Source: Catajapyx aquilonaris (taxonomy: Eukaryota). From it: 20,000 nt of DNA. This document shows positions 1-11,150 of this stretch, piece after piece. The translations under genes and the position numbers were made by a program. Positions within the stretch are counted from its first letter, which is position 1; every line of letters begins with the position of its first letter. The stretch is taken from the NCBI GenBank assembly GCA_000934665.2, contig JYFJ02001520.1:57051-77050 (forward strand), written 5' to 3'. A model generated the notes under the pieces. It saw nothing but the letters and a program-made list of their open reading frames with translations. It was not told where the DNA came from and ran no database searches.

Positions 1-452
1 ATCTTAAGAGAGGCCTGAAAGCTAATGCTTTTCCTGGGAGCCGCATTGAGTGTGCTTGAAAGCACCGCTCCTAACAAGGAGTCGCTTATGGCTTTCCCTG
101 ATTTTCCCTGCTACAATGAACTTTGTCGAGGAATGTTTGGGCCGGAAATGGTGTAGGAGAGAGAGGGGGGGGGTAGTATTTCGGGTTAATGGTGGCACAG
201 AACTAGGGGTTCAAGTGAGATTAGGGGAATTGCTAAGGGTATGACGTCCCAGCGTGGTGCGCTGCAATTATCTTCACAATGCAGCAATACTCTCCAGCAG
301 AGGAAACCTGAGGTGACTCTGTAAATGCAGAGCCATCGATTGTTACAATATTCCGCATTCATGCCGCCTACCGTGTTGCCTAAATCCGACTTGAATAGTT
401 GCCATAATAAGTGTCGTACGTGGCCAATATTGATCCGGACCTCATACGTGCA

Positions 453-485
453 TACAGGGTGATCCAAAAATATTTTGTATGAAAC
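453..485 (+). mobile_element. Solo Tc1/mariner-like TIR remnant
   Basis: TACAGGGTGATCCAA matches the 11304 MITE end (TACAGGGTGGTCCAA) at 14 of 15 positions. It continues AAATATTTTGTATGAAAC, which resembles 6805-6836. No partner TIR was seen. Confidence 0.45.
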
Positions 486-3438
486 AGATGTTACAAATAT
501 ATATATATGCAGAAATCTGCCTCACATCAACTGTCAGTTGCAGTGCTCCCTTTGTAAACTTGTTTTTGCCCGTATTAAAACATTCATTCTGAGCATGCCC
601 ACATGAACATGACAAATACAAACAACCTGAGAAGCCTTGGAAAATTCCTGCCCCCAAAAAATATTTTTACTACTCCAAGTTGGGACCGATTGGTCCCCCC
701 CTTTTACTGAAAAAGCAGCACTCTAATCCGATTATCCGGTTCGGAACATCTAAAGGTGGAATCGAAACTCTGTACACTGCATGCTTTTGCATCGTGCCCC
801 TCCCCCCCAAAAAAGCGACGCTACCTTTGAGACCTGCACTACACAAGGCTGCAACTTGGAAAACAGTTTCCGACAAAGCGAAAAGGCTCTACCCCATCCA
901 CAAATACCGTTTTTAAACCCAGTTTCGCCCGACTCTCGACAACCTGAACATATATATTACTGGGGAACAAACCAGAGCAGCACAGAGCAATTAGTAGAGT
1001 TTACTGCAGCACTACTTGTCCCTCTACCCAAACTATAGGTTCGTCGCCTGAAATCAAGTGTTTGCATCCAGATTTTCCTTTGATTTTCGAATCTTCAAGG
1101 GCTGTGATTTCCGTCAAATCAAAGCAACCAATTCATTACCATAAGCTCATTGGAGCAATCAGAAACATAAGGCTGTGTGCAAATGATGACATCCATGCAA
1201 ATATGTTGGACCAATTAGGCCACGAAAAAATGACAGGGTATGTACACAGTTTTTGATTTGTTTCCGCCGCACTTCAGCGCATTGTTTGGAGTGTAAACAG
1301 AGCATTGAAAGTACATCCGAAAAACATTTTTAATTGAGCTTACCAGCAACCTGAACAACATTAATGTGAGTATATGGCTGCCATATCGCAATTTTCATGA
1401 GCATGCGGCTGAGGGTGATCCCAAGTTAATTTCGCAGAGGAGTTAATGGAGTCTAGATTGCGTTTTCTAGGTGCTGGGGCAGTATGAATTCTTCAGGGGA
1501 AATTTCGCCAATAACGGCCTTGGTACGTTCTGCTTTGACAAAACTTTCGGATTGTTTAATTCCCCAACGCACTTTGCACATTTTACTACCTGGGCCCCCC
1601 ATAATACATATGAAACCTGAGCCTGGTTGAGCCACAGGCCGGAGGGCACATTAAGAATTTCCAAAGCAAACCCGAAAATTACAGGGGCATTGTGGGGGGG
1701 GGGAGCTACATTGCCTCCTGCTAGGGCTTTTGGAACAATATAATTTATTGTAACTTGCTCTGAATGGAATGCTAAATCATAACGTTACGTCATTTCATGC
1801 TGCCATTTCCAGGTAGATATAATTTTAATCATTTTAGAGAGAGCCACAAACTGGTTTCAGAATATTATACTGCATGGCTTTGCAGTGGACGAAACGAGGT
1901 TACTAGAAGTTAAATCATAACTGTAATATTATATAACTTAGTTAAAGCATTAATGTACTGTAAGTAGTTTGCAGCGTATTAGATTGAGCTTGTAGATACA
2001 ATATATGGGTGTATTTAATTTGTTGCTTAATTAAAAATTAGTTTATGGATAAATGCTAATTTTTTCCATAATTTTCACGCACTTTTGTCTGAAAAACGCA
2101 TAGTTTAAAGCTTGCGGCCACATATTGTAGGTGGAAATATTTCTCACAATTTCACGTAAAGGTGTTTGCACAATCAAATAATTGTTATTAATGCAGCCAT
2201 GATGTCGGTGAGAACAATTCCACACCTCTAAAAGCAAATGTCTCTCTCCAGTTTCCTTCGTCGCCTCCAGTCCATTCCAAACTTCAGAAGTTTCAGCCAG
2301 TGAATCAACCAAAGTCCTGGTTGTCATTTCGGATCAACATTCGTTACTCTATACGTCCGCAGCATTAAAAAAAGTTACGCTTGCCAACTGGCTACTATGC
2401 CCATCCAATTTTACATACCATTACCATCACGCCATTTATTATTCATGAAATGTACTCATGAAGCATACAAAGATGCTTACTAATAAAAATCACAGAAATT
2501 GTGCTGTATTGTAGCCTTCAACCTGACACCCTGTGGTAAAAACCGCAATGTTGGCACCTGCGTATGATCAAACATGTCACGTCTAGTTGCGGCTAATGTC
2601 AATCACCACCTTGCTCAGGTTCTCAGTACATCGACAAGCATACACCCTAGGGCTTGAACTATGCCTAAAAAATATAAACTTTGGTGACACAGTGTCTCTC
2701 TGTAGCAACAAAATTTTCCACCCAAATCAGTCAAAATTGGGTGGGCCTGTCATTTTTGTTTTTCCAACTGAGTTCCGGGACGGGTTTCCGGGAGTCCCTC
2801 AACCGCAGAGCTGCGGCGTCACATGTCGATGACAGCTGTCGGTATTACTTTGTGCGAGTAAACATTGATACAGTGTTCAGTGTACATTCTGCCTGGAGTG
2901 GTTACGTCTGACTGGATTTTTTTTTTCCTTTCCTCTCAAAAGATAAACTCCAGGAAAGTGAACTTCGTTCAGCATTGCTTTGCAGTAAGAGCACTTTTTG
3001 ATGTCCAGTTGCCTCTTAGACATCATGATGGGGGCAAATTGAGATTGTCGTTAAGCGACGCATTTTGTCAAGGAAGATCGGCGGAAATCGGGCAAACTTA
3101 GTGTGAATCCCGCCGTCTAAAATGAAATTCGTGTGATGTAATACTTTATGATTAGATTTAGCCCGGTGCACTCTGCTCGGCAAAGATTAAGTTTGTGTTG
3201 CCGTGCTGAAGTAATGCACGATTATTTTTTTTTGAGGGGAGATTCTCTCTGTGTGTATAGAAAAGGGGAAGGGAGGCCTCCAACGTAATAAATCTAATCT
3301 GGCGACTACGTAATCAAGTTTTCTTTCCATCCCGCCGACATTCTGATAAGCCCCGTTTTTAGTGGAGAGGGGGACCTCTTCTTCCTCCCCTTTTTCCTCT
3401 CGGATACGCCACGGAAAAAAAAGTTTCTTAGCTCTTAA

Positions 3439-3689
3439 CTAGTCACTCAGCCCCGGGGCAAATTCGCCCCTCCCTTGATGAAAATATTCGCCACAGTTCA
3501 GCAGTAACGAGCTGTGCCACAGAAAATTTCATTCCCCATTTTCGCTGCACGACGGGATTTTTTTTTGGAAGGTATGTCATATATGACCACCACTTAACAA
3601 CAACGACAAAATAATAACTAACAGAAGTTGCCATGGTACACGTTCAAACAAACAAAGGTTGCCTTTTTATCATAATAAAACGAGACAGA
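3439..3689 (-). mobile_element. Putative short non-autonomous Helitron (~250 bp)
   Basis: The minus-strand 3' end reads GGGGCGAATTTGCCCC (16-nt hairpin, 3455-3470), a 12-nt spacer, CTAG (3439-3442) and then T, which is the canonical Helitron 3' geometry. The minus-strand 5' part reads TC...TATTATGATAAAAAGGCAACCTTTGTTTGTTTG followed by one X-box-like motif (3627-3639). The 5' TC is not preceded by A, so that boundary is uncertain. Confidence 0.5.
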
Positions 3690-6600
3690 CTATCCATTTC
3701 ATATACCCATCATTTTATAGTCTAAAAATAATAACAACCATTATCATCACTACCCAGTAGCCTAATTGTTGACCAGGGTCTAGTTTACTCGTGGCCGCTT
3801 AAATGCACTGGCTAATTAAACGACTGATCGATGTTGTGAAAGTCTCTCTTATCTGTGGTCCATTCCATGAAGATCGTCCGTTGCGATTTGCACGGTACGG
3901 GAAGCTGTTTTACATGCTGCGTAATGCAAACATATCACGGTACTTTTTTCCGTTTTTTTTGAAGGAGGGGTGGCTCTCTCTCCCCGAATTGCGCCATAAC
4001 TAACGTAACGTGTGGCCATGGCTTCATTTTGGAATATCAGGAGAGAAAAATTCTATTCAGAAATTGCGAATATGAGAAGCTTGTCGTGACTGTTAAGTCT
4101 ATAAACTTGATTCCCTTCTTTGAAATGAGGCGGATTACCACAGAGGCGCCAAGACTATTACGGACGATATCCTCGTGTAATTTGCAGGAAAAAAATAAAC
4201 AGTACAGTTAGGCCTGAGGGTTACGGGACAAATTCCGTGGAGGTGGCCGAAAAGCGTGCAGATTTTTTTTCCCCCTGGCCTGTGAGAATTGTTGCACTTT
4301 CACGCACACGAGTTTTACAGCTCATGGCATCAGTCTATCACTAACTTAGAAAAAAGAAATGCTCAAACACTGTTACATAACCAACATATTAAAAATTTAC
4401 TTCCTTTTTTTGCATACCAATATATTTTTTTGTGCTTCCTTAGAGAGAGGACAGCACACAGTAGGCTGCATTATTAAAGCGATTAAATATTTCACAGGCT
4501 TCAAACCCCCTTAGGGTCGACCACAATTCATTCTGAGCAGTTTCCATTTTTGATGGAGAAGGACCTGTATACCTTTGGGGGGAAGAGGTTAAAGTGCATC
4601 GGATTTATTTGCAACGGAAATTCAAGTCTGGAGAAGGGAAGTTTTGAAATGCCTTCTCCGTCGAGTCATCTCGGGCGAGTCACAATGGAGAAATCTCCAG
4701 GCGCATAATATAAGGAGACACGAATGTTTGTTGAAGGCGGTGGGAGACGCCGCCGAGGCGAAGAATGGGGAGCCTGGGCTCTTCCAATTGCGTTTTTTTT
4801 TTTTGTCAAGAAAAGATGCCGGATTTGCCAGAATAATGGATCAGTCAACAAAACTCGGGGCCACACTCGGCTTCAAGACGGATGAAAACGTTACTTTAGG
4901 AGCCAAGAGGAAGTCATTTAATAGATCTGGCTAAAATTACATTTATGGGGGGTTATCCTATATACCATTTCACATGCAAATAACCATCAGAAAAATAAAT
5001 TACTATTATAGTCTACCCAGGAAAAGACTGCAAGAGATTTCTAGGATTTTGAACCCGATATACATACGCCATACCCACTTTGAAAAAAATCCCACCTGGC
5101 CATCTGTACATTTTTGTCCAGAATAAACATAGGGGACGATGGGGTAGGGTGGGAGCCAGAATATTTTGGTAAAATCCCACGTATGTCCATAATTTGTTGT
5201 CGCCTTTTAGTTGCATGTTGAACGTACAAAATTTGGATATAAACACCATGAAGCTCAGCAGGACGGAATAATCCAGGGGGGAATTTTCCATCGTGTTTTT
5301 CTAAACCTCCATTAATTCACAGTGTAGTGTGTGGTCGAGGTCTGGAAAACATGCGATTCTCTGCTTGATGATTAAATTTTGTTAAAACCGAGTTGTTAAT
5401 ATTTTTTTTTCTCTCCAAACATTTATATATGTAAAAAAAAGAAGGCTCAATTTTCATGGGAACGGTACTGGGCTTTAACAACTATTATTACCCTTGCCTG
5501 CGAAACATTTGCATAATATGTGTAATTATACAGTGCAGATATGATGTACCCAGCTTATTACACATTTACTGCTCACAATTCCTAGTCCTCACCGTGTCTG
5601 TTTTATACGTTTAAAAAAATTATTTGAAAATTACACTTCCACGTATATGCCCTTCCTATACTTTTTTCTTCTGAAAAATCAAAGAGGCTGCAATTATTGT
5701 AAGGCCGTCAGTCTTTACACGCCTGGAGGTAAACAGTAGCTCCTTGATAATTATCTTGGCTTCTCCTGACACTTCCCAAGGCGAGTATTTTTTCCTGGTT
5801 AATTGAGGGACCCTGTGAAATAATGAGAGGGTGGTAAAGCGCTACCGATCTAGAACTTTTTTTTCCTTAACTATTCGTTTTCTCTTCTCTGCGACTGACA
5901 GGTTGATAGCATGATAAAATCAGAAAAGTTACGAGAGATTGGTTATTAAAACCGGGATTGGAAATGTTAAATATTAAAAATGCAAAACTTGCACCTCCCA
6001 ATTTCAAAAAGGTGGTTTCCATGACCATTTTTGTTACACTCTTTGTTTGTAACCTACAAAAATTGCTTTCGGTTTTCTTGGGAAATATAAGTGCGGGGCT
6101 GCGGCCAAATTCTGATACATATTTTTTTTTATACCGCCCGAAAAAAAAACTTGGGTTTTGGAGCCAAGAAAGCGTGGAAGTTTTTCCCAAGAAAGTGGCC
6201 GCGGTTCAAAGTCACGCCGAAGGTTGCAAACTTTAAGGTGAAAGCTAGGTCGCAAGATATTGTTTTGTCGCGCTCGTGCTCGCATATTTCGTCGGAATGT
6301 TGGAAATAAGCAGTTTTTTTTAAAAGCGGAATATTGCGAAAAAATATCCGCCCATATTGCAAAAAAAAAATTGTCCCCTTTCCATGGCACATGATCACAC
6401 TGAGGAAATTTCTTGCGTTACATTTTGTAAGATTCAGGTGCTGGGACATTAATGGTGTCGTACAGTGCTGGACCTGTGAAGGTGGTCATCCGGAGGAAGA
6501 TTTTTTTTGCCTCTTTTGCCGACATTTGGTTCGGGGTGCCACCAGTACGACCAGTTTCACCTTTATTTCCGATTATCTTGGACCAGGTCCAGAAAAATAT

Positions 6601-6804
6601 AAAAAGGACATCAGGGAATTTGCATGCGCCCAATTCTAAAGAGAGTTTGAAATGCGTGACTCTGGGGAAACATTTGCGCCGGTTTGTTTTCCAGCCCGCC
6701 ATCATTGATCCGATTAGTTCCGGGACGCGCCCCGCATTTCTGATGACGCCCAGTTTCCGGGTACTGTCGCATCCCCTTCCATTACGTGTACTATCAGTGC
6801 ATAC

Positions 6805-7001
6805 TACAAGGGGTGTCATAAATATTTTGATGAAACGAGAGTGAATCGCGACATTAGTACCAAATATCGTAAATAGATGGCGCCGCATCCGTTTTGCACA
6901 CTGCTGATGACTCACCGCGGACAAACAGAAGCACATACTTTTTATGTTAGAAATGGCACATTATTTTGTACCTCTCAACACTGTGTGAGTCACCCTGTGT
7001 A
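6805..7001. mobile_element. Degenerate mariner-like MITE candidate (~197 bp)
   Basis: The left end TACAAGGGGTGTCATAAATATTTTGATGAAAC resembles 453-485. The right end GTGAGTCACCCTGTGTA is an inverted CAGGGTG-type terminus. The size is similar to the 11306 MITE, and there is an internal TAGATGGCGC at 6874-6883. The two TIRs match each other poorly. Confidence 0.35.
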
Positions 7002-8115
7002 TGGCCCCGTTATCACAGCTCGATCCATCAGGTTATGGGGACCTGTGTGTGTTTTCATTGCGTTTGAAAAACCGCCCCAGTGAAAAGCGGTATCTGCAGT
7101 TTTCCCGCTACCTTTCCAGATGTAACAATTGTTGAGCAGAGTACAAATTCTCGCGTGTAATAGCCACTGATGGGGCCACTAGTCCCCACAGACCCCCATC
7201 AGGACAGGTTTTTTTGGGGGGTGCGTGCACAGTTTACACCGCATGCAATACAGTAGCCCTCTGGTGCTGTGACCTGGACCAGGAATAGTCGCCAAACACT
7301 ACTAAAATGTCCGCTATTTAAATGCTAGCACAGTGATACTGTAAAAAAAAAATGTGTGTCACATGAAAACAGGTCTGGCAGAAGCAACGAAAAAAACAAA
7401 CAAACCGCACTCTCACCAAGTGGAAAGTTTTTTAAAAAAATTATAGAAGAAAAAACTAGAGACTTTCCTGTGTAACCGGAAGCCTTCTTGACCTTCTCTA
7501 AGGTGGCTAACCCTCCCCCTCGAGGGAGCTACTCGTTCCGCATCTTACTCTTTTCCCATACCCGGCAAAGCACCACATGTAATGTAGGATATGGCCCGTC
7601 TGAAGAATGAAGAAAAAAGGAGGAGAGACTGAGAATACCCCCTTTGACACACTGTTTTTGGCCAGCTTTTGTGGATTACTTTTCTCACGGGAGGGGGAGC
7701 AGGTGGAGCACTTTATGACCGTGAACTACAAAGTAGAAAAAACTAGGTGCAAGTACCACAAAAATGTCGGGAAAGAAAAATTGCTGAGTTTAGTGTACAA
7801 ATTGGCAATTACAACAATGGATTAGTCGTGATTCACACACACACACAAGTCACATGCTTACACCCCCTTTATTTTCTTCTTTTTCTATGTGGTTTTGGTC
7901 ATGCCATACACGATCGGAAGGTCGGCATGTTTGTAGGCCTGTGGTTGACGTGCTGGATTTGCAAAATCAAGAGGGCTGACAGCTCGGCTTCCTTTGCAAA
8001 CGCTCTTTATATGCTCCATAGATCGCTATAAACCAAGAGATAGACACGATAACACCCGGACAATCAAACGGTGTAAGTGTTCAAGTCGTGTGCTACCTGC
8101 CGACTCCCCTATTTA

Positions 8116-8474
8116 TCTACCGCATATATCATTATAAAACGTGTGGTGTGTTTGTTTGTCGTTGCCATTGCAACGTGTTTTCATAACAACCTTTAATCAT
8201 GGCAACCATTCTACGTTGAGAGATGGCGCTAGAAGGGCTTGCCATGGAAACATGATTCCATGTCAACCTATTTTTATGGCAACCTATTTCAATAATTGCA
8301 ACGTGTTGCCATGGCATGCCCTGTGGCGCCATCCTTCAGCGGATAACAGGTTGCTACGGAAACACGTTGCCAGGGAAATGGGTTGCTATGGAAACACGTT
8401 GCCAGGGCAACCTATTTTCCATTCCAAAGTGTTTTCATGGCAAACCCGGTGGCGCCATCTTTCAGCGGAGAATG
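8116..8474 (+). mobile_element. Putative non-autonomous Helitron 5' portion carrying the X-box-like array (3' end not identified)
   Basis: A|TCTAC...ATCATTATAAAACGTGTGGTGTGTTTGTTTGTC has an A/TC junction, an AT-rich ATTATAAA block and a (GTTT) microsatellite, which is the layout of Lep1-type Helitron 5' ends. No hairpin plus CTRR 3' end was found nearby. Confidence 0.45.
8161..8474. repeat. Composite minisatellite: 14 degenerate palindromic 14-mers (GTTGCCATGGCAAC-like) at a 16-bp period, with three ~30-bp spacers
   Basis: Units start at 8161, 8177, 8193 | 8238, 8254, 8270, ~8289, 8305 | 8350, 8366, 8382, 8398, 8415, 8431. Spacers lie at 8207-8237 (inverted), 8319-8349 and 8445-8474 and share the core GCGCCATCYYTCARCG. 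Confidence 0.88.
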
Positions 8475-11150
8475 ACATCAGAGCCAACCCAAATATTTTG
8501 AAAGGCGGACGCGTCTCCTTTTGCAGAATACACGTCGTCGTGTCAGAACAACTTTGTTGCCGTGGATTTAATTAGACTCAATCCCGCGAGCGCAACGCAG
8601 TCGGAAACACGTCGTGACGGGCAATTCCCAACGCGTGTTTTCCGGGAGCCCCCTCCCGAATTTCAACCGCTCTCCGGAATTTCTCCCCTCCATCCGACCG
8701 ACCGACCGTCCGGGGAGTAGATGCGGGAGATGGCAAATGAAGTGGAGGACAACAAGCGGAGGAGGCTTCCGTCGTCGCAATTACATTCTGCAGCAGTAGT
8801 CTAGATTTGTAGACACTTGTTTCCAAGCTGGTGAGGGTGACATCCCCTCCGGAGGATAAGAAAGAAAAGAAAAGCAAACATGAAAGTCTCCCAGGATTTC
8901 TGCAGGGTCCGGAGACTGAATCGTATAGGAAAAGATGGCCATATAAAAGTGTCTCACAGCCTGCAGGGGAAAAGATATGAACTTAGTCCACATTTCTCAG
9001 AAATGCCTGCAGAAAACAATCCGGAGTCTATTGCTGCACATATGAAATGAATTTCGATGCAAATTGAATTGAAAATTTTGTAATGTCATCAAGGTCGTAC
9101 ATACGGGCTTTTAAATATTTATGACGGAATCGAGCACGGTCGGAGGAAATATGAAACCGCTTTTTTTTGCTATATAATACAGTAATCGCTTTGCAAAGCG
9201 GAAAACCTGCCCGGAATGTTAAACGAACTGTTCCCTTATAGGCCATCAAGGATGAGAATAAAGATCCGGAGGCTTTTTAGAGGCGGAGGTATAGGGATGA
9301 TGGGAGGGGACGTTTCTCTTTCAAAAGGCTTTTGAAAGATTAGCTAGGCTCGTGTCTTGCAAATCCGAGCCGTTGACGAGTGCATGAGACTAAAGCTTTA
9401 CGGGGGTCTTCTCCTGGAGAATAATGGGGCCAGAAATGATTCTCATAAACCGTAGTTGAGCTGCTCTAAATTCACATCATCGTTTTCTTCGGTTCTGCAT
9501 AAAAGAGACCACGTGGTCTGACCAAAAATCTACGTGAGCTGAATCAGACCAAAGGGGATTAAAATATACATGCAAAATATTAGATCGAACAGGACGCGAA
9601 ACAATATTCAACCAAAAAAAAATCTATGATCCATCAGCATGTAAGCCCCGCCATTTTCTCGTCGATGAATAAGCTTCGTGGTTTAATGTCATAATGCGAC
9701 TAATAGCTAATAGATTTACGTTCAAAGAGGCAAAACCGCTAAAAATTGTTACTGAAACCATTCTTGGCCGATTAGCCACCCTGTTATGTAACCAGCAAAA
9801 ATTGGGAGAAAAATCCCTCCATTTTCTCCCTGAAAATAATCCAGCCGAGTGTGCTGCAAGATTAGTTCAAACGATGATAGGGACTCGGCAAGATGTTACT
9901 TACGAGTCCCTTTACATTATTGAAGAGAATTTATGATAGCATCTGGGGGACACCCCCTCCCCCCTTTAGAAAAAATCGATGAAAAATCCTCGTTAAACTA
10001 AGTCCCAGGTGGTTCACTGACCATTTTGAGTTCAGGTGGAATGGCCATCTTGGGAGTCTGCAAAAAAAATTTATAGTAAGAAGTATTGCAAGTGCAGAAA
10101 TTTCATTGACGGCCATGATGCTTTTAATGAAAATTGATTTTTATAGGAGCTCAATGGGCTTGCATAATAGAACTGAATTCATCAATTTTTAAGAAAAATG
10201 GACCACAAATAATGGACAGTACGCACGAGTGAATAACAAGTTAGCAAAATCTGTAAAAATATTAGCTTAATGAGCTTATAATTAAGCAGCATGTGACCAA
10301 AGGTTCGACCTGGGAGCGAAACTAATGCAAAATCCCCGTGAGTCCGGTACACACACAAAAAAAGTTCAACTGAGAGTTTCCGGTTTTTATTTTTCTTCCA
10401 CTTCATTTTTATAGTCCGTCTCTCTGGACCCGTTGACTGACTTTCCAATGTCACTAACTCCGGATACAGCAGGTCCTTCTGCTGGATAGAAACGGAGCGA
10501 GACAAACCCGCCCACTAATTGAGTTTCCCTCCGAAACTAACCTGTAACGTTTCGCAACAACAATAAGGCGGGGTTCTGATTGTAAATTCAAACGAAAGGG
10601 GGGGAAGCTCGTTGTCTCGACGCATCGCATAAGAACAACTCGAGTCTCATTAATTACCCAGAGGACATGTGGGCAGTGTTGGTGGCAGCGGCGCCCTGTA
10701 GCGGTCACATTAAGCTCCATTACTACAATGAAATAATTATTATTAGACGGCGGCAAGGCTCATATAAATGCAAGCGTCTCGCGACTTGGCTCCTGTGGTG
10801 TTTAGTAGTATAAGAGAACGACATCCTAGTGGTTTTATGGACGGTGGGTCGCAGGTAATAGCATCAATTTGTATAAGTTTGGCTTAAGTAATACATCTCA
10901 TTGACATGTTCTGCATAAATGTCTTGCACAAAAAAAAATTATCTCCACTACAGAGGCTTTTTTTTACCATTGCGCACCACAGTTCGCGCAGCGTGCACGG
11001 TTGGCATTATCAATGATAGCTGGTGATCTCTCCGTCTGGTGGGTGTACTTGACACCACGTTATTTCCAACGCTACGCTTGGAGGGAAACAAAATGGACGA
11101 CGTTGCGAATAAAGCTCTGAAACGAACATCATGGGCTAATGGGTGTGAGC

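Noticed and set aside
1453..1635. ICIMGGPGS resembling an adenylate kinase P-loop
   Set aside because: It lacks the following GKGT, and no other kinase exons are recognisable.
5867..6449. Cluster of overlapping 70-120 aa ORFs
   Set aside because: They are K/F-rich translations of poly-A/T-rich non-coding DNA on both strands with no domain.
8161..8474. Repeat/spacer layout superficially like a CRISPR array; also the 144-aa ORF at 8141-8575
   Set aside because: The units are degenerate and tandem, the spacers are copies of each other rather than unique, there are no cas genes and the context is eukaryotic. The ORF simply reads through the repeat.
10263..10313. TAGCTTAATG ... GGTTCGACC as Pol III A/B boxes or a tRNA
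   Set aside because: No acceptor, anticodon or T stems can be formed.
10182..10505. MKWKK motif resembling the end of a homeodomain
   Set aside because: There is no WFQNRR helix 3 and no other homeodomain residues.
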